From assembly GCA_965220965.1 (NCBI GenBank), contig OZ244852.1, positions 2,464,001-2,528,000 on the forward strand: a stretch of DNA of 64,000 bases. Direction: 5' to 3'. The stretch is from Candidatus Marinacidobacterium sp. Lineage in GTDB: Bacteria; Acidobacteriota; Vicinamibacteria; Marinacidobacterales; Marinacidobacteraceae. A program made the translations under genes and the position numbers. Below are positions 27,498 to 37,672 of the stretch, one piece after another (the stretch's first letter is position 1; each line of letters opens with the position of its first letter). The notes below the pieces were generated by a model, which saw only the letters and a program-made list of their open reading frames with translations, ran no database searches and had not been told where the DNA came from.

Positions 27498-30400
27498 GCC
27501 GCCCCGACCTCCGCGGTGGCGGGTCCGCGCGCGCGGCTGGCCGCCTCGACGGCGTCCATGGCCATCGCCGCCGAGCGCAGGACGGCGGCCGGAGAGGCGC
27601 CGCCCTCGACCGGCGCGCGGAACGCCAGGCCGCTCGCCTCCTCCGATTCAAAGCGCAGGACGCCGCCCTCCCGGCGCACCGCGGTGTACCCCGCCGCCTC
27701 GGCTCGAAGCCGGAGCCGCTCGTGTTCGAACAGGAGCCCCACGTCCTCGGGAGGCGGGCCGAACCGGTCGCGGACTTCCGCCTCCAGCCGGTCGAGCGCC
27801 CCCGGATCCCGGGCCGCCGAGCACCGCTTGTAGAGCCACATCCGCCGCCGTTCGTCACCGAGCCAGGATTCGGGGATCCGCAGTTGGAAGCGCAGTTGCA
27901 TGGCGCAGCGTCGCCGGGTCGTCTCGCCGCGAGCCTCGGCCACCGCCTCTTCGAGCAAACGGTAGTAGAGATCGAACCCCACCGCTTCGAGGTGTCCGTG
28001 CTGGGCCGCCCCGAGGAGGTTGCCGGCGCCGCGGAGCTCCATGTCGAGCGCCGCCACCCGGAACCCGCGCCGAGTTCGCTGAACTCCCGAAGCGCCGCGA
28101 GTCGCGGCCGGGCGCTCTCCGAGAGCGCCGCGCCGGTCGGCGTGAGCAGGTAGGCGTACGCGCGCCTCGAGGAGCGCCCGACGCGTCCCCGGATCTGGTA
28201 GAGCTGCGCCAGCCCGAAGGTGTCGGCGCGGTTCACGATCAGGGTGTTCACGCGGGGGAGATCGAGGCCGTTTTCGATGATGGTCGTGGAGAGCAGGATG
28301 TCGGCCTCGCGCTCCTGGAAGCGGAGCAGCGCCCGCTCCAGCGCGGTCTCGCGCATCTGGCCGTGCGCGGTGAGGACGCGCGCCTCCGGCACGATCCGGC
28401 TGAGCAGCTTCTCCATCGCCGGAAGCGATTCGATCCGGTTGTGGACGAAGTACACCTGCCCCTCGCGGTCCAGTTCGTGCCGGACGGCCTCCGCGATCCG
28501 GTTCGGGTCGAAAGAGAGCACGTGCGTCTGGATCGCCATCCGGTCCCGGGGCGGGGTCTCGATCACCGACATGTCCCGGATCCCCGACAGCGACATGTTC
28601 AGCGTGCGGGGGATCGGGGTGGCGGTCATCGCCAGGTGATCCACGTGAAGCGCCATCCGCTTCAGTTTCTCCTTCGCGGTGACGCCGAACCGCTGTTCCT
28701 CGTCCACGATCAGCAGGCCGAGGTCGCGAAACGCCACATCCTTCGAGAGGAGCCGGTGGGTCCCGATCACGATGTCCACGGCGCCGTCGGCGAGCCCGCC
28801 GACCACCTGACGGGCCTGTTTCGGCGTCCGGAAACGGGACAGCAGCTCCACCCGGACCGGGAAGTCGCGGAAGCGCGCCTCGAACAGCCGGTAGTGCTGC
28901 GCGGCGAGAACCGTGGTGGGCGCCAGCACCGCGACCTGTTTGCCGTCCATCGCGGCCTTGAACGCGGCCCGGAGCGCCACTTCGGTCTTTCCGAAGCCGA
29001 CATCTCCGGCGAGCAGGCGATCCATCGGAGTCGCCGCCTCCATGTCGGCGAAGATCTCCCGGATCGCGCGGACCTGGTCCTCGGTTTCGGTCCATTCGAA
29101 GCCGTCCTCGAAGTCCTCCATGCCCGGAGTCACGCTCGGGAACGCGTGCCCGGCCGTGCGGCGCCGACCGGCGTAGAGCCGGATCAGTTCGTCGGCGATG
29201 TCGCGCATCGCCTTCGAGACCCGTTTCTTGCGGCGCGCCCAGCTCGTTCCTCCCAGACGATCCAGCGCCGGGGGGCCGGTCGAGGCGGCGGCCGAATACT
29301 TCTCGAGCAGGTCCAGCCGCTCTACCGGCAGGAGGAGGGTCCCGCCTCCCCGGTACCGGATCTCGACAAACTCGGGCGCGTCCCGGCCGTCGCCGACCCG
29401 CTTCATCCCGATGAACCGCCCCACTCCGTGGTCGGTGTGCACGACCGGATCGCCGGGCTTCAGGTCGCGGAAATCGGACAGGAACGTGCGCGATCCGGCG
29501 CTTCGCCGGGGCGCGCGTGGTGGCGCGGCCACCATCTCGGTTCCGCTGACGACCTCGAACCCCAGCCCGGGCATCTCGAAGCCGGCGCTGAACCTCGCGG
29601 CGTGCACAAACACCCGGGACGACGCCTGCTCCGGAGGGGCTGACGCCGCCTCCGGCTCACCCGGCCGCAGCACCCGCGCGCCAGCCTCGGCGGCCCGGGC
29701 GCCAAACCGCATCGCGGCGCCGTCTCCCGGAACGAACACATGGACGGCGCGACGCGGATCGCCGGCGGCGACCAGCGAATCGAGGAACTCCCGGATCCGG
29801 CCGCGGAAGGAACCCAGCGGGCGCGACGGGAGGTCGTTCCCCTCGCCCCGGGCCTCGAGCTCGAACAGCCCCACCGGGCCGTCCTCCCCGGGCGCGGCTG
29901 TCCAGCGCTTCCTGAGTTCTTCGGGATCCACCGCCAGGGCCTCGGGCGACGCGCACTCCGCCAGCCGGCCGCCGCGAGAGGCGGCCCGGCCGCCCCAGAT
30001 GCGCCGGGTCTCGGCGTCGGCCGCCTCGAAGAACGCTTCCGGTTCTTCGATGAGGATGTCGGCTCGCTCGAGATAGTCGGCGAACGCGCTCTCGAAGCCG
30101 GGGGTTCCCGGAAGCCGGAATGCGGGATGTGGCTCGAACCCGTCGCTATCGCCCACCCACTCCCAGGCTGGCGGCGCGAGCACGGCGACCCCTGCTTCCA
30201 GCTCGCGGATGCTGCGCTGCGTCTCGACCTCGAACTCCCGAAGCGACTCGACGCCGTCGAAACCGAACTCGATCCGCAGCGGCAGCGACCGGTCCACCGG
30301 GAACACATCCACGATGCCGCCGCGTCGGGCGAAGTCCCCGGGTCCGCTCACCGGGTCCTCGTAGCGGTAACCCGCGCGGGCCAGCGCTTCTCCGAGCGCC

Positions 30401-30882
30401 GAGGGAGACCGGCCCGGTCCCACCCGCAGGGCGACGGCCGCCTCGCGGATGCGGTTGGGCGCCGCGGTGCGCGCCAGCGCTCCGCTCGCCGAGGCGACGA
30501 CGAACGGCGGCGGACCGTCCGCGGCGACGAGGGAATGGAGCGTGACCGCGCGGAGCGCCAGCGTCTCCGGATGGGGCGCCACTCCGGCGTAAGGGTTGAC
30601 TCCGGGACCGGGGAGGCGGACCACCCGGTGCGGGGCGTCGAGCGCCGCGAGCAGTGATTCGAGGTCGGCCGCCGCCGGCAGGAGCCGGGCGTCGTCCCCG
30701 GTGAGCAGCACGGCGGCGCGCCCGGAGACCCGCGCCCACGCCGCGGCGACCGCCAGACGCGCCGGGCCGGAGAGTCGCCCGACGGCGGTCACACCGCGAC
30801 CTCTCCGCTCCCGGATGGCCGCGAGCAGCGACTCGAAGCCGGGAGGGTCCGGGCCGGGCGCCCCTGGGGAGCGATGCTCCAC
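27494..30882 (-). CDS. mfd: Transcription-repair coupling factor, split by a 1-nt frameshift near 28065
   Basis: [40 protein letters not shown] and QIRGRVGR. The C-terminal part ([16 protein letters not shown]) continues in another frame. Confidence 0.93.
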
Positions 30883-30888
30883 AGACGC

Positions 30889-31407
30889 TCAGGCGGTCGG
30901 GCGAACCCGCCGCGCGACCAGGACGGCGGCCTCCGGGGAGGCGGCGCAGGCGGCGCCCGGGAGGCGCCAGTCGGGCTCCGCTCCAGACCAGGTCGCGACC
31001 GGTTTCCCCAGGGTCTGGGCCATGGCTGCTTCCGAGCGGGTGCCCGCCTTTCCGGGAAGGGCGATGACGCCGTCCGCCGCCTGCACGACGAGGAAGTTCC
31101 GGAAGTGCCCGAGTCCGGTGGGGATCGCGAGCTCGACGTGCGGGTTCGCGGCGCGCCGGTCGGTTCCCGGAAGGATTCCGATCGTGAGGCCGCCGGCCTC
31201 GCGCGCGCCCTGGCACGCCGCCTCCATGACGCCGCCGAGGCCGCCGCAGATCAGGTGGGCGCCGGCGCGGGCCACCGCCCGCCCGACGGCGCGCGCGTCG
31301 CGCAGCACGCCCGTCGAGGCCTCGGAGCCTCCGATCACCGCGATCTGTGGGGTCGGCGTCGCTCCCGCCTCGCCGGAAACCACTCCCGTCGGCGCACGTT
31401 CCGGCAT
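30889..31407 (-). CDS. TIGR00725/LOG-family Rossmann-fold protein
   Basis: Motifs IAVIGGS, CGGLGGVMEA, IGILPG, TGLGHFRN and GT.SE. Confidence 0.87.
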   Translation of the reverse strand: MPERAPTGVVSGEAGATPTPQIAVIGGSEASTGVLRDARAVGRAVARAGAHLICGGLGGVMEAACQGAREAGGLTIGILPGTDRRAANPHVELAIPTGLGHFRNFLVVQAADGVIALPGKAGTRSEAAMAQTLGKPVATWSGAEPDWRLPGAACAASPEAAVLVARRVRPTA

Positions 31408-31555
31408 CCCGGCCATCCTAACCATGGCACGCGTGGAGGAACCGCCCTGAAGGCGCCCGGGCCGTCTTCGGAGCGCGGTCGCGGCCCGCCGCCTTCGGCC
31501 ACGCGGCCCGGGCCTCGACCGGGAGAACCAGACTGCTAACCTGCCGGATTCGGTC

Positions 31556-32668
31556 ATGCCGCGCGCCCGCCCCCCTGTTCGGCGTCCCGCCGGAGTCGCG
31601 CGGCGCGCCCGGCTCTCGCTGGATCGGGTCTGGCCCCAGCACGTCGTGCCGGGGGGTCGCGTCGACATCAGCGGGCGCGGTTTCACGGTGGACCAGGCGA
31701 GCCGCCTGCGGGTGTTCTTCGGCGAGGAGGAGGGTCACCTCTACCGGGTGTCTTCGAGGAGGCTCGCGGTCCGGGTTCCCGAAGGCGGCGGCGCCGAGGT
31801 GCGCATCTGCCTGAACGACCGGGAGACCGAGCCCTACCGGATCGCGGTGGGTCGTCGGGTCGCCGATGAACTCGACATCGTCTCGAATCCGGTCTACGAC
31901 CCGGAGGGCAACCTCTACTCGACGGTCAGCGGCCGCCGGGGCGAGCGCATCCCTCACCCGGTCTACCGGTTTCGCCACGACATGGATCCCGAGGATCCCC
32001 CCGAGTCCATGGGTGACGGCATCGTGAACCCGACGGGGCTGGCGTGGGGTCCGGACGACACGCTTTATGTCTCCTCCCGGGAAGAGGGCTGCGTCTATCG
32101 CATGGCGGATGACGGCGGGTTCCACGTTCTGGCCGACGAACTCGGTTGCGCCACCGGAATCGGGTTCTCCCAGACGGGAGAACTCGTGATCGGGGACCGC
32201 GACGGGACGCTCTACCGGGTGGACCTGCGGGGCGATGTGGGGGTGTTTTCCCACCTTCGGCCCTCGGTCTCCGCCTACCACCTGGCCTTCGACTCCACGG
32301 GATCCCTGTTCGTCTCCGGCCCCACCCTCTCCTCGCGCGACCAGATCGTCGAGTTCAACCCTTCCGGTCAGCCCTGCCGGATCCATTCCGGGTTCGGGCG
32401 GCCCCAGGGCATCGCTTTCGACGCGCAGGACACCTGTTTCGTCGCCGAGGGGCTGGCGGGGGACGCCGGGATCTTCCGGTTCACCGACAGCGGCGCCCGG
32501 CGCGTGATCAGCGGTCCGCCGCTGGTGGGAGTGGCTCTCCACCTCCCGAGGAAGACGATGGCGGTGGCGACATCCGACGCCATCTACGAATTCGACATCG
32601 ACGCCGCGCTGAGCGGCGAACGGGACGAGGACGAGGAAGCCGCCGGCGAGTGGGTCGCGGGGCGGTGA
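31556..32668 (+). CDS. IPT/TIG domain + SMP-30/NHL-type beta-propeller protein
   Basis: N-terminal Ig-like segment and blades NPTGLAW, ATGIGF, YHLAFD and PQGIAFD. Confidence 0.75.
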   Translation: MPRARPPVRRPAGVARRARLSLDRVWPQHVVPGGRVDISGRGFTVDQASRLRVFFGEEEGHLYRVSSRRLAVRVPEGGGAEVRICLNDRETEPYRIAVGRRVADELDIVSNPVYDPEGNLYSTVSGRRGERIPHPVYRFRHDMDPEDPPESMGDGIVNPTGLAWGPDDTLYVSSREEGCVYRMADDGGFHVLADELGCATGIGFSQTGELVIGDRDGTLYRVDLRGDVGVFSHLRPSVSAYHLAFDSTGSLFVSGPTLSSRDQIVEFNPSGQPCRIHSGFGRPQGIAFDAQDTCFVAEGLAGDAGIFRFTDSGARRVISGPPLVGVALHLPRKTMAVATSDAIYEFDIDAALSGERDEDEEAAGEWVAGR

Positions 32669-34191
32669 GGTTCCCGAGAGGACCCGGGGCGACGGCCGGG
32701 ACGGCTCTGGTCGCCATCCTCGCTGCGTCTGCGTCGTCGGCGCAGGACCTGCGCGCCCGGGTCGAGGCGTTCGTCGCGGAGAACCAGCGGAGGCTGGTCG
32801 GCGAGCTTGTCGAGGCGGTCTCGATTCCCTCGGTCGCCGCCGATGCCCCGAACGTCCGCCGCAAGGCGAACTTCCTCGCTGACGCTTTCCGGAAGCGCGG
32901 GTTCGACGCCGAGCTTCTCGAGACCGACGGAAACCCGCTTGTTTTCGCCGAACGGTCCCCTGCGGATCCTGAACGCACGCTGCTGCTCTATTTCCATTAC
33001 GACGGCCAGCCGGTCGACCCGAGCCGGTGGGAACAGGAGCATCCCTTCCAACCGGTTCTCCGCAACGGGCGCCTCGCCGACGGGGCGGACCTCGTGGAGT
33101 TCGAATCGCGCGCGACCTTCGCCCCCGACGACCGGATCTACGCCCGTTCGGTCGCGGACGACACGGCTCCGATTCTGGCGCTGCTCGCGGCGGTCGAGGC
33201 GCTCGAGACCGCAGGCATCGAGCTCTCGAGCCGGATCCGGGTCGTCCTCGACGGAGAGGAAGAGGCGGGTTCTCCCAACCTGGTCCCGGCGATCGCGCGC
33301 TACCGGGACCGGTTTGCTTCGGACGCCATGCTCATCCTCGACGGCCCGCTCCACCAGAGCGGCCGACCCACGATCAGCTTCGGCGCCCGCGGGATCCTGA
33401 CGCTGGAGCTCGAGGTTTTTGGTCCCCGGGCGCCGCTTCACAGCGGTCACTTTGGAAACTGGGCGCCGAACCCGGCGGTCCGGCTGGCGCAGCTGATCGC
33501 GTCGATGAAGGACGAGGATGGGCGGGTGACGATTCCGGGGTTCTATGACGGAATCGGGTTCACCGCCGAGGAGCGCGCCGCGCTCGACGCCGTGCCCGAC
33601 GACCTTCCGGCGCTGCGGCGCTCGCTCGGCTTCGCCGCCGCCGACCGGGTCGGCGAGTCGCTCCAGGAGGCGATCCAGTTTCCTTCCCTGAATGTGCGCG
33701 GACTGAGCAGCGCCTGGGTGGGGGCCGACGCCCGTACGATCGTTCCGGCGACCGCCACCGCCGCGCTGGACATCCGTCTGGTGGCCGAGACTCCGGCGGA
33801 TGTCCTGTTCGACAAGGTTCGCGCCTTCATCGAGGGCCAGGGCTGGTTCCTTCTCGACCGTGATCCCACCGACGCCGAACGGGAGGAGCATCCCCGGCTC
33901 GCCCGGCTCACCCGGAGCGCCGGGACGAACGCGTTCCGCACCCGCATGGACCACCCGGTCGCCGCCCGGCTCGCCGGGGCGCTCGCCGAGGCCTGGGGCG
34001 AACTCCCGGTTCGCAAGCGCACGAGCGGCGGCACGGTGCCCATCGCTCCCTTCGTGGAGGCGCTGGGAGTTCCCGCTCTCATGGTCCCGACCGTGAATCC
34101 CGACAACAACCAGCACAGCCCGAACGAGAACCTCCGCCTCGGCCACTTCTTCGACTCCATCGTCACGATCGCCGCCATCCTGACGATGTGA
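32665..34191 (+). CDS. M20/M25/M40 metallopeptidase, exported
   Basis: Motifs HYDGQP, YARSVADD, DGEEEAGS, HSGHFGN and QHSPNENL. GTGA coupling to the upstream gene. Confidence 0.88.
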   Translation: MRFPRGPGATAGTALVAILAASASSAQDLRARVEAFVAENQRRLVGELVEAVSIPSVAADAPNVRRKANFLADAFRKRGFDAELLETDGNPLVFAERSPADPERTLLLYFHYDGQPVDPSRWEQEHPFQPVLRNGRLADGADLVEFESRATFAPDDRIYARSVADDTAPILALLAAVEALETAGIELSSRIRVVLDGEEEAGSPNLVPAIARYRDRFASDAMLILDGPLHQSGRPTISFGARGILTLELEVFGPRAPLHSGHFGNWAPNPAVRLAQLIASMKDEDGRVTIPGFYDGIGFTAEERAALDAVPDDLPALRRSLGFAAADRVGESLQEAIQFPSLNVRGLSSAWVGADARTIVPATATAALDIRLVAETPADVLFDKVRAFIEGQGWFLLDRDPTDAEREEHPRLARLTRSAGTNAFRTRMDHPVAARLAGALAEAWGELPVRKRTSGGTVPIAPFVEALGVPALMVPTVNPDNNQHSPNENLRLGHFFDSIVTIAAILTM

Positions 34192-35270
34192 ACGTCGTCC
34201 CCGAGCTCCGGATTCCCGGGCCGACCCCCCTCCATCCGGAGGTCGCGGAGGCGCTCCGGCGGCCGATGACCTCGTATCGGGGTCCGGAGATGCGGTCCCT
34301 CCTCACTCGCGTCACCGAGGGTCTCGGCGCATTCCTCGGCGCCCCTGGCCCGCCGATTCTCCTGACGGCCTCGGGGACCGGGGCGATGGAGGCCACGCTC
34401 GCCAACCTGCTGTCGCCCGGAGACCGCGCGCTCGGTCTCGGCGGCGGGGTCTTCGCCGAGCGCTATCTCCAGGTCGCGGCCGCTCTCGGTCTCGACGCCG
34501 CCACGCTGGACACCGCCTGGGGCTCGCCCGCCGACCCCGACGCCCTCGCCCGCGCGCTGAAGAAGCGCCCCGATACCCGGGCCGTTCTGCTGACGCACTC
34601 CGAGACCTCGACCGGCGTCCTCCACCCGCTCGCCGATCTGATCCGCGCCGCCCGCGGCGCGAACGATCCGCTGGTGCTGGTGGACGCGGTCTCCAGCCTG
34701 GGCGCGACGCCGGTCGAAATCGCCGCGTGTGACGCGGTCTTCACCGGCTCCCAGAAAGCGTGGGGGCTCCCCCCGGGGATGGCCTTTGTCTGGACCTCCG
34801 CGCGCGCCGAAGCCGCGGAGCGCGAAGCCCGGCTTCCGCGCTTCTACTGGGACTTCGGGCGTTACCGCGAGGCGCAGGGGCGGGGTTCGTTCCCGTTCAC
34901 TCCCGCGCTCCCGGTCCTGTTCGCGATGGAGGCCGGGATCCGGCTCTTCCTCGAGGAGGGCCGTGACGGGGTGTTCGCGCGCCACGCGGCCTCGGCGGCC
35001 GCCGCCCGCGACGGACTACGGGGCCTCGGGCTGCGCCTCGTCGCTCCCGACGCGCACGCCTCCCCTACGGTCACCGCCGCGTGGCTCCCGGAAGGGGTCG
35101 ACTGGCCCGCACTCTCCGGAAGGCTGCGCGACGAGCACGGGCTCGCGCTCGGCGGAGGGCTCGGACGTCTGAGCGGCCGCGTCCTCCGCCTCGGCCACCT
35201 CGGCTGGATCCGGCCCGCCGATGTGGAGCGCGCGGTCAGCGCCGTCGGGGACTGCCTGCGGGCGCCCTGA
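34188..35270 (+). CDS. Class V aminotransferase (alanine-glyoxylate/serine-pyruvate type)
   Basis: Motifs IPGPT, SGTGAME, HSETSTGV, VDAVSS, GSQK and RLGHLG. Confidence 0.9.
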   Translation: MNVVPELRIPGPTPLHPEVAEALRRPMTSYRGPEMRSLLTRVTEGLGAFLGAPGPPILLTASGTGAMEATLANLLSPGDRALGLGGGVFAERYLQVAAALGLDAATLDTAWGSPADPDALARALKKRPDTRAVLLTHSETSTGVLHPLADLIRAARGANDPLVLVDAVSSLGATPVEIAACDAVFTGSQKAWGLPPGMAFVWTSARAEAAEREARLPRFYWDFGRYREAQGRGSFPFTPALPVLFAMEAGIRLFLEEGRDGVFARHAASAAAARDGLRGLGLRLVAPDAHASPTVTAAWLPEGVDWPALSGRLRDEHGLALGGGLGRLSGRVLRLGHLGWIRPADVERAVSAVGDCLRAP

Positions 35271-36261
35271 CCGCCTCGCTTCCGCCGCCCGCTTCCAGAC
35301 CGAGGAAACCGGCGATGTCGCTTCGCCTCTCCCGGAACACCTCGTCGGCGTAGCGGTGAAGCGCGGCGCCCGTATCCGAGTCATCGAACCGGATCAGGGC
35401 CGGCGATTCGAAGGAGAGATGGAGAAACCGCTCTCCGGCCTCTTCGCCAAGGATGCCCCGAAGCGTCTCCAGCGTGGAAAGGCCCTGGAGGTTGATCTGG
35501 AGCTCGAGTAGCCGTTCGACCCGCCAGCGGGTCGCGAGCCCCCACCCGGTCGCGCGCAGCCAGAGGCGGTGGAGCAGCCCCGGGGGCGCGCCCCCGTAGT
35601 AGTTGGCGCTCCGGCCTGAGCCAACCGAGAAGATCCGAATGGATTCGCGTGGCCCACCGCAGAGCGCGTGCGCTTCCGAGAAGGCCACGAGCGCCGGGTT
35701 GTAGGCCCAGAATCCGCCGTCGGCCAGGAGCCGCCCTCCGATCCGGCGGGAGGGGTCGAAGTAGGTCGGCGCGGCGCACGCGATCACCACCGCATCCACC
35801 AGCCGGGTCGGTTCGTTCCGCCCGTCGGCCCAGGACCGGAACAGCCGGGTCGTCCCGCGCTCGATGTCGGCCGCAGTGATCAGCAGCGGCGCCTTCACCT
35901 CATCGAGACCGATGTCCGGCAGCGTCTGCTCGAGCAGCCTGGCGAGCGTCTCGAGGTCGTAGCGGCTGACGAACAGGCCGAGCCGCGACCGGCGGCTCCT
36001 CGGGAAGACCTTCGCGCCGTGACGCTCGTAGAAGCGCACAAGCTCTGAAGCGGACATCCCGCTGGCGAGCGCCGCCGCCATGATGGCGCCGGTGCTCGTG
36101 CCCGCGAGGAGCCGGAACCGCGAAGTCCAGTCGACGCCCCACGCCTGTTCGATCTGCTCGAGGAGGCGGGCGGCGAACAGCGCCCGGTAGCCGCCGCCCT
36201 CGAGCGCAAGAATCAGGAAGGGCCGGTCACCGCCCATCGGCGCCTGGATCACCGAAGCCAC
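35236..36261 (-). CDS. Patatin-like phospholipase
   Basis: Oxyanion motif EGGGYR, nucleophile GTSTG, AAPTYF and DGG..NP. Confidence 0.88.
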   Translation of the reverse strand: MASVIQAPMGGDRPFLILALEGGGYRALFAARLLEQIEQAWGVDWTSRFRLLAGTSTGAIMAAALASGMSASELVRFYERHGAKVFPRSRRSRLGLFVSRYDLETLARLLEQTLPDIGLDEVKAPLLITAADIERGTTRLFRSWADGRNEPTRLVDAVVIACAAPTYFDPSRRIGGRLLADGGFWAYNPALVAFSEAHALCGGPRESIRIFSVGSGRSANYYGGAPPGLLHRLWLRATGWGLATRWRVERLLELQINLQGLSTLETLRGILGEEAGERFLHLSFESPALIRFDDSDTGAALHRYADEVFRERRSDIAGFLGLEAGGGSEAVRAPAGSPRRR

Positions 36262-36377
36262 TCCCCCTTTCCCGCTTCGCCGATCCTACTCCGCCAACGG
36301 GCGGGCGGCGTCGTGATGGCCGGGGCTCGGCTCAGCCGCCCATCTCCCCGCGACGCGGGGTCTGACGCAGGGTCCAA

Positions 36378-36575
36378 CAGCCCGTTGACAAAGTCCCGCG
36401 GCGTTCGAGCGGCGATGGCCCCCACCGGGAGGACTGGCCCCGCCCGAACCACGCCCCTTCGGGGCGCTCATCGTTGCGTTTCGCTCGGAATATTCCCGAT
36501 ATTCCTCCCTCACGCGCCTTGTCGGCCGGGCGCCTCACCGCTCTCGGCGCTGCACGCGACTTTATCGACGGACTG
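36378..36575. mobile_element. MITE-like non-autonomous element (198 bp)
   Basis: 18-bp terminal inverted repeats cagcccgttgacaaagtc / gactttatcgacggactg (15/18 match), internal hairpins, and a second partial copy at 2954-3082. Confidence 0.75.
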
Positions 36576-37556
36576 CTAGGGAAGCTCGCCGTCGAGCTCC
36601 AGATAGACCCGGCGGAGCGCCGTCTCCCGCTGGCTGTCCCGCAGCGACCACGTCTCGAGGTCCCCGAAGTCCGCCTGCGCGACCGCCTCGTCGGCGGAGA
36701 GGCCCAGCTCGTGGAGCCGGGTCGCTTCGGCGATCACGATCTCGAGCGCCCGGATCGCCTCGTCCAGTTCCTCGCGCAGTCGTTCCGGGCTGTCCACGAA
36801 GCCGTGTCCGGGAACCGGGATGTCCGCGCCCAGCTCCTTCGCGCGGCGCAGCATCGCGACCCACTCGGTGGGATACGCCGACCGCATCGCGGGAAACACC
36901 CGGTGGAGGTACGCCTCGCTCAGGAACAGCACCCCTTCCTCGGGCAGATGGACGACCAGGTCGCCGCCAGTGTGGGCGCGACCCAGGAAGAGGACTTCGA
37001 TCTGACGGCCCCCCATCTCGAAGCCCATCTGCTCTTCAACGAGTGTCCCAGGCATTGGGAGATCGGGGATCCGCTCCGTCATCCCCTGCATGGCGGCGAG
37101 CGACGTCGGATGTACCAGGTACTCCACGCCCTCCGGGAAAGCGCTGTTCCCGGCGGTGTGGTCGCCGTGGTCGGAGCAGACCACCACGGTCGTGATCGGC
37201 TGGTCGGTGACTTCGCCGATCTTCTCCACCATGAGGGCGGTCTCCTCGACGTTGCCCTGCCCGTCGGCGACGAGCACGCCTTCGTCGGTGACGACGAACA
37301 GGCTCACCGTGGTGAACAGTTCCTCCCCCGCGGCGCGAAGCTGCTCGTAGGAGTAGACGCCGGGGGCGAGTTCCTGGATGCGGGGGAAGTCCGTCTCGGC
37401 GAGTCCGCGCTGGAAGGGGTCCGCGGTGCGGACCGGCCCGGCCTCTTCGGCGGGAGCGGCCACATCCGGCTCCGGCGCGCCCCCGCCGCAGGCGGCGAAG
37501 AGGCCGGCGCCCGCGGCCAGCCAGAAGCGTTGACTCCATGTTCCCGCCATCGTCAT
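36576..37556 (-). CDS. MBL-fold metallo-hydrolase lipoprotein
   Basis: Motifs GVLVAD, SDHGDHTAGN, AHTGGD and PGHG. Lipobox FAAC. Confidence 0.85.
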   Translation of the reverse strand: MTMAGTWSQRFWLAAGAGLFAACGGGAPEPDVAAPAEEAGPVRTADPFQRGLAETDFPRIQELAPGVYSYEQLRAAGEELFTTVSLFVVTDEGVLVADGQGNVEETALMVEKIGEVTDQPITTVVVCSDHGDHTAGNSAFPEGVEYLVHPTSLAAMQGMTERIPDLPMPGTLVEEQMGFEMGGRQIEVLFLGRAHTGGDLVVHLPEEGVLFLSEAYLHRVFPAMRSAYPTEWVAMLRRAKELGADIPVPGHGFVDSPERLREELDEAIRALEIVIAEATRLHELGLSADEAVAQADFGDLETWSLRDSQRETALRRVYLELDGELP

Positions 37557-37672
37557 CGGCGTCCTCCCGTGGGCCGCTCTGCGGCCTCGGGGCGGATCGT
37601 ATTCGCCCCGTGCGCCGCGACGCGCGTACGATGGTGCGTTCCCCCGCCTCCTTCCGCAAGGGAGATCCCACG

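Noticed and set aside
28050-28080. Programmed ribosomal frameshift in mfd
   Set aside because: There is no slippery heptamer. A homopolymer deletion explains the break more simply.
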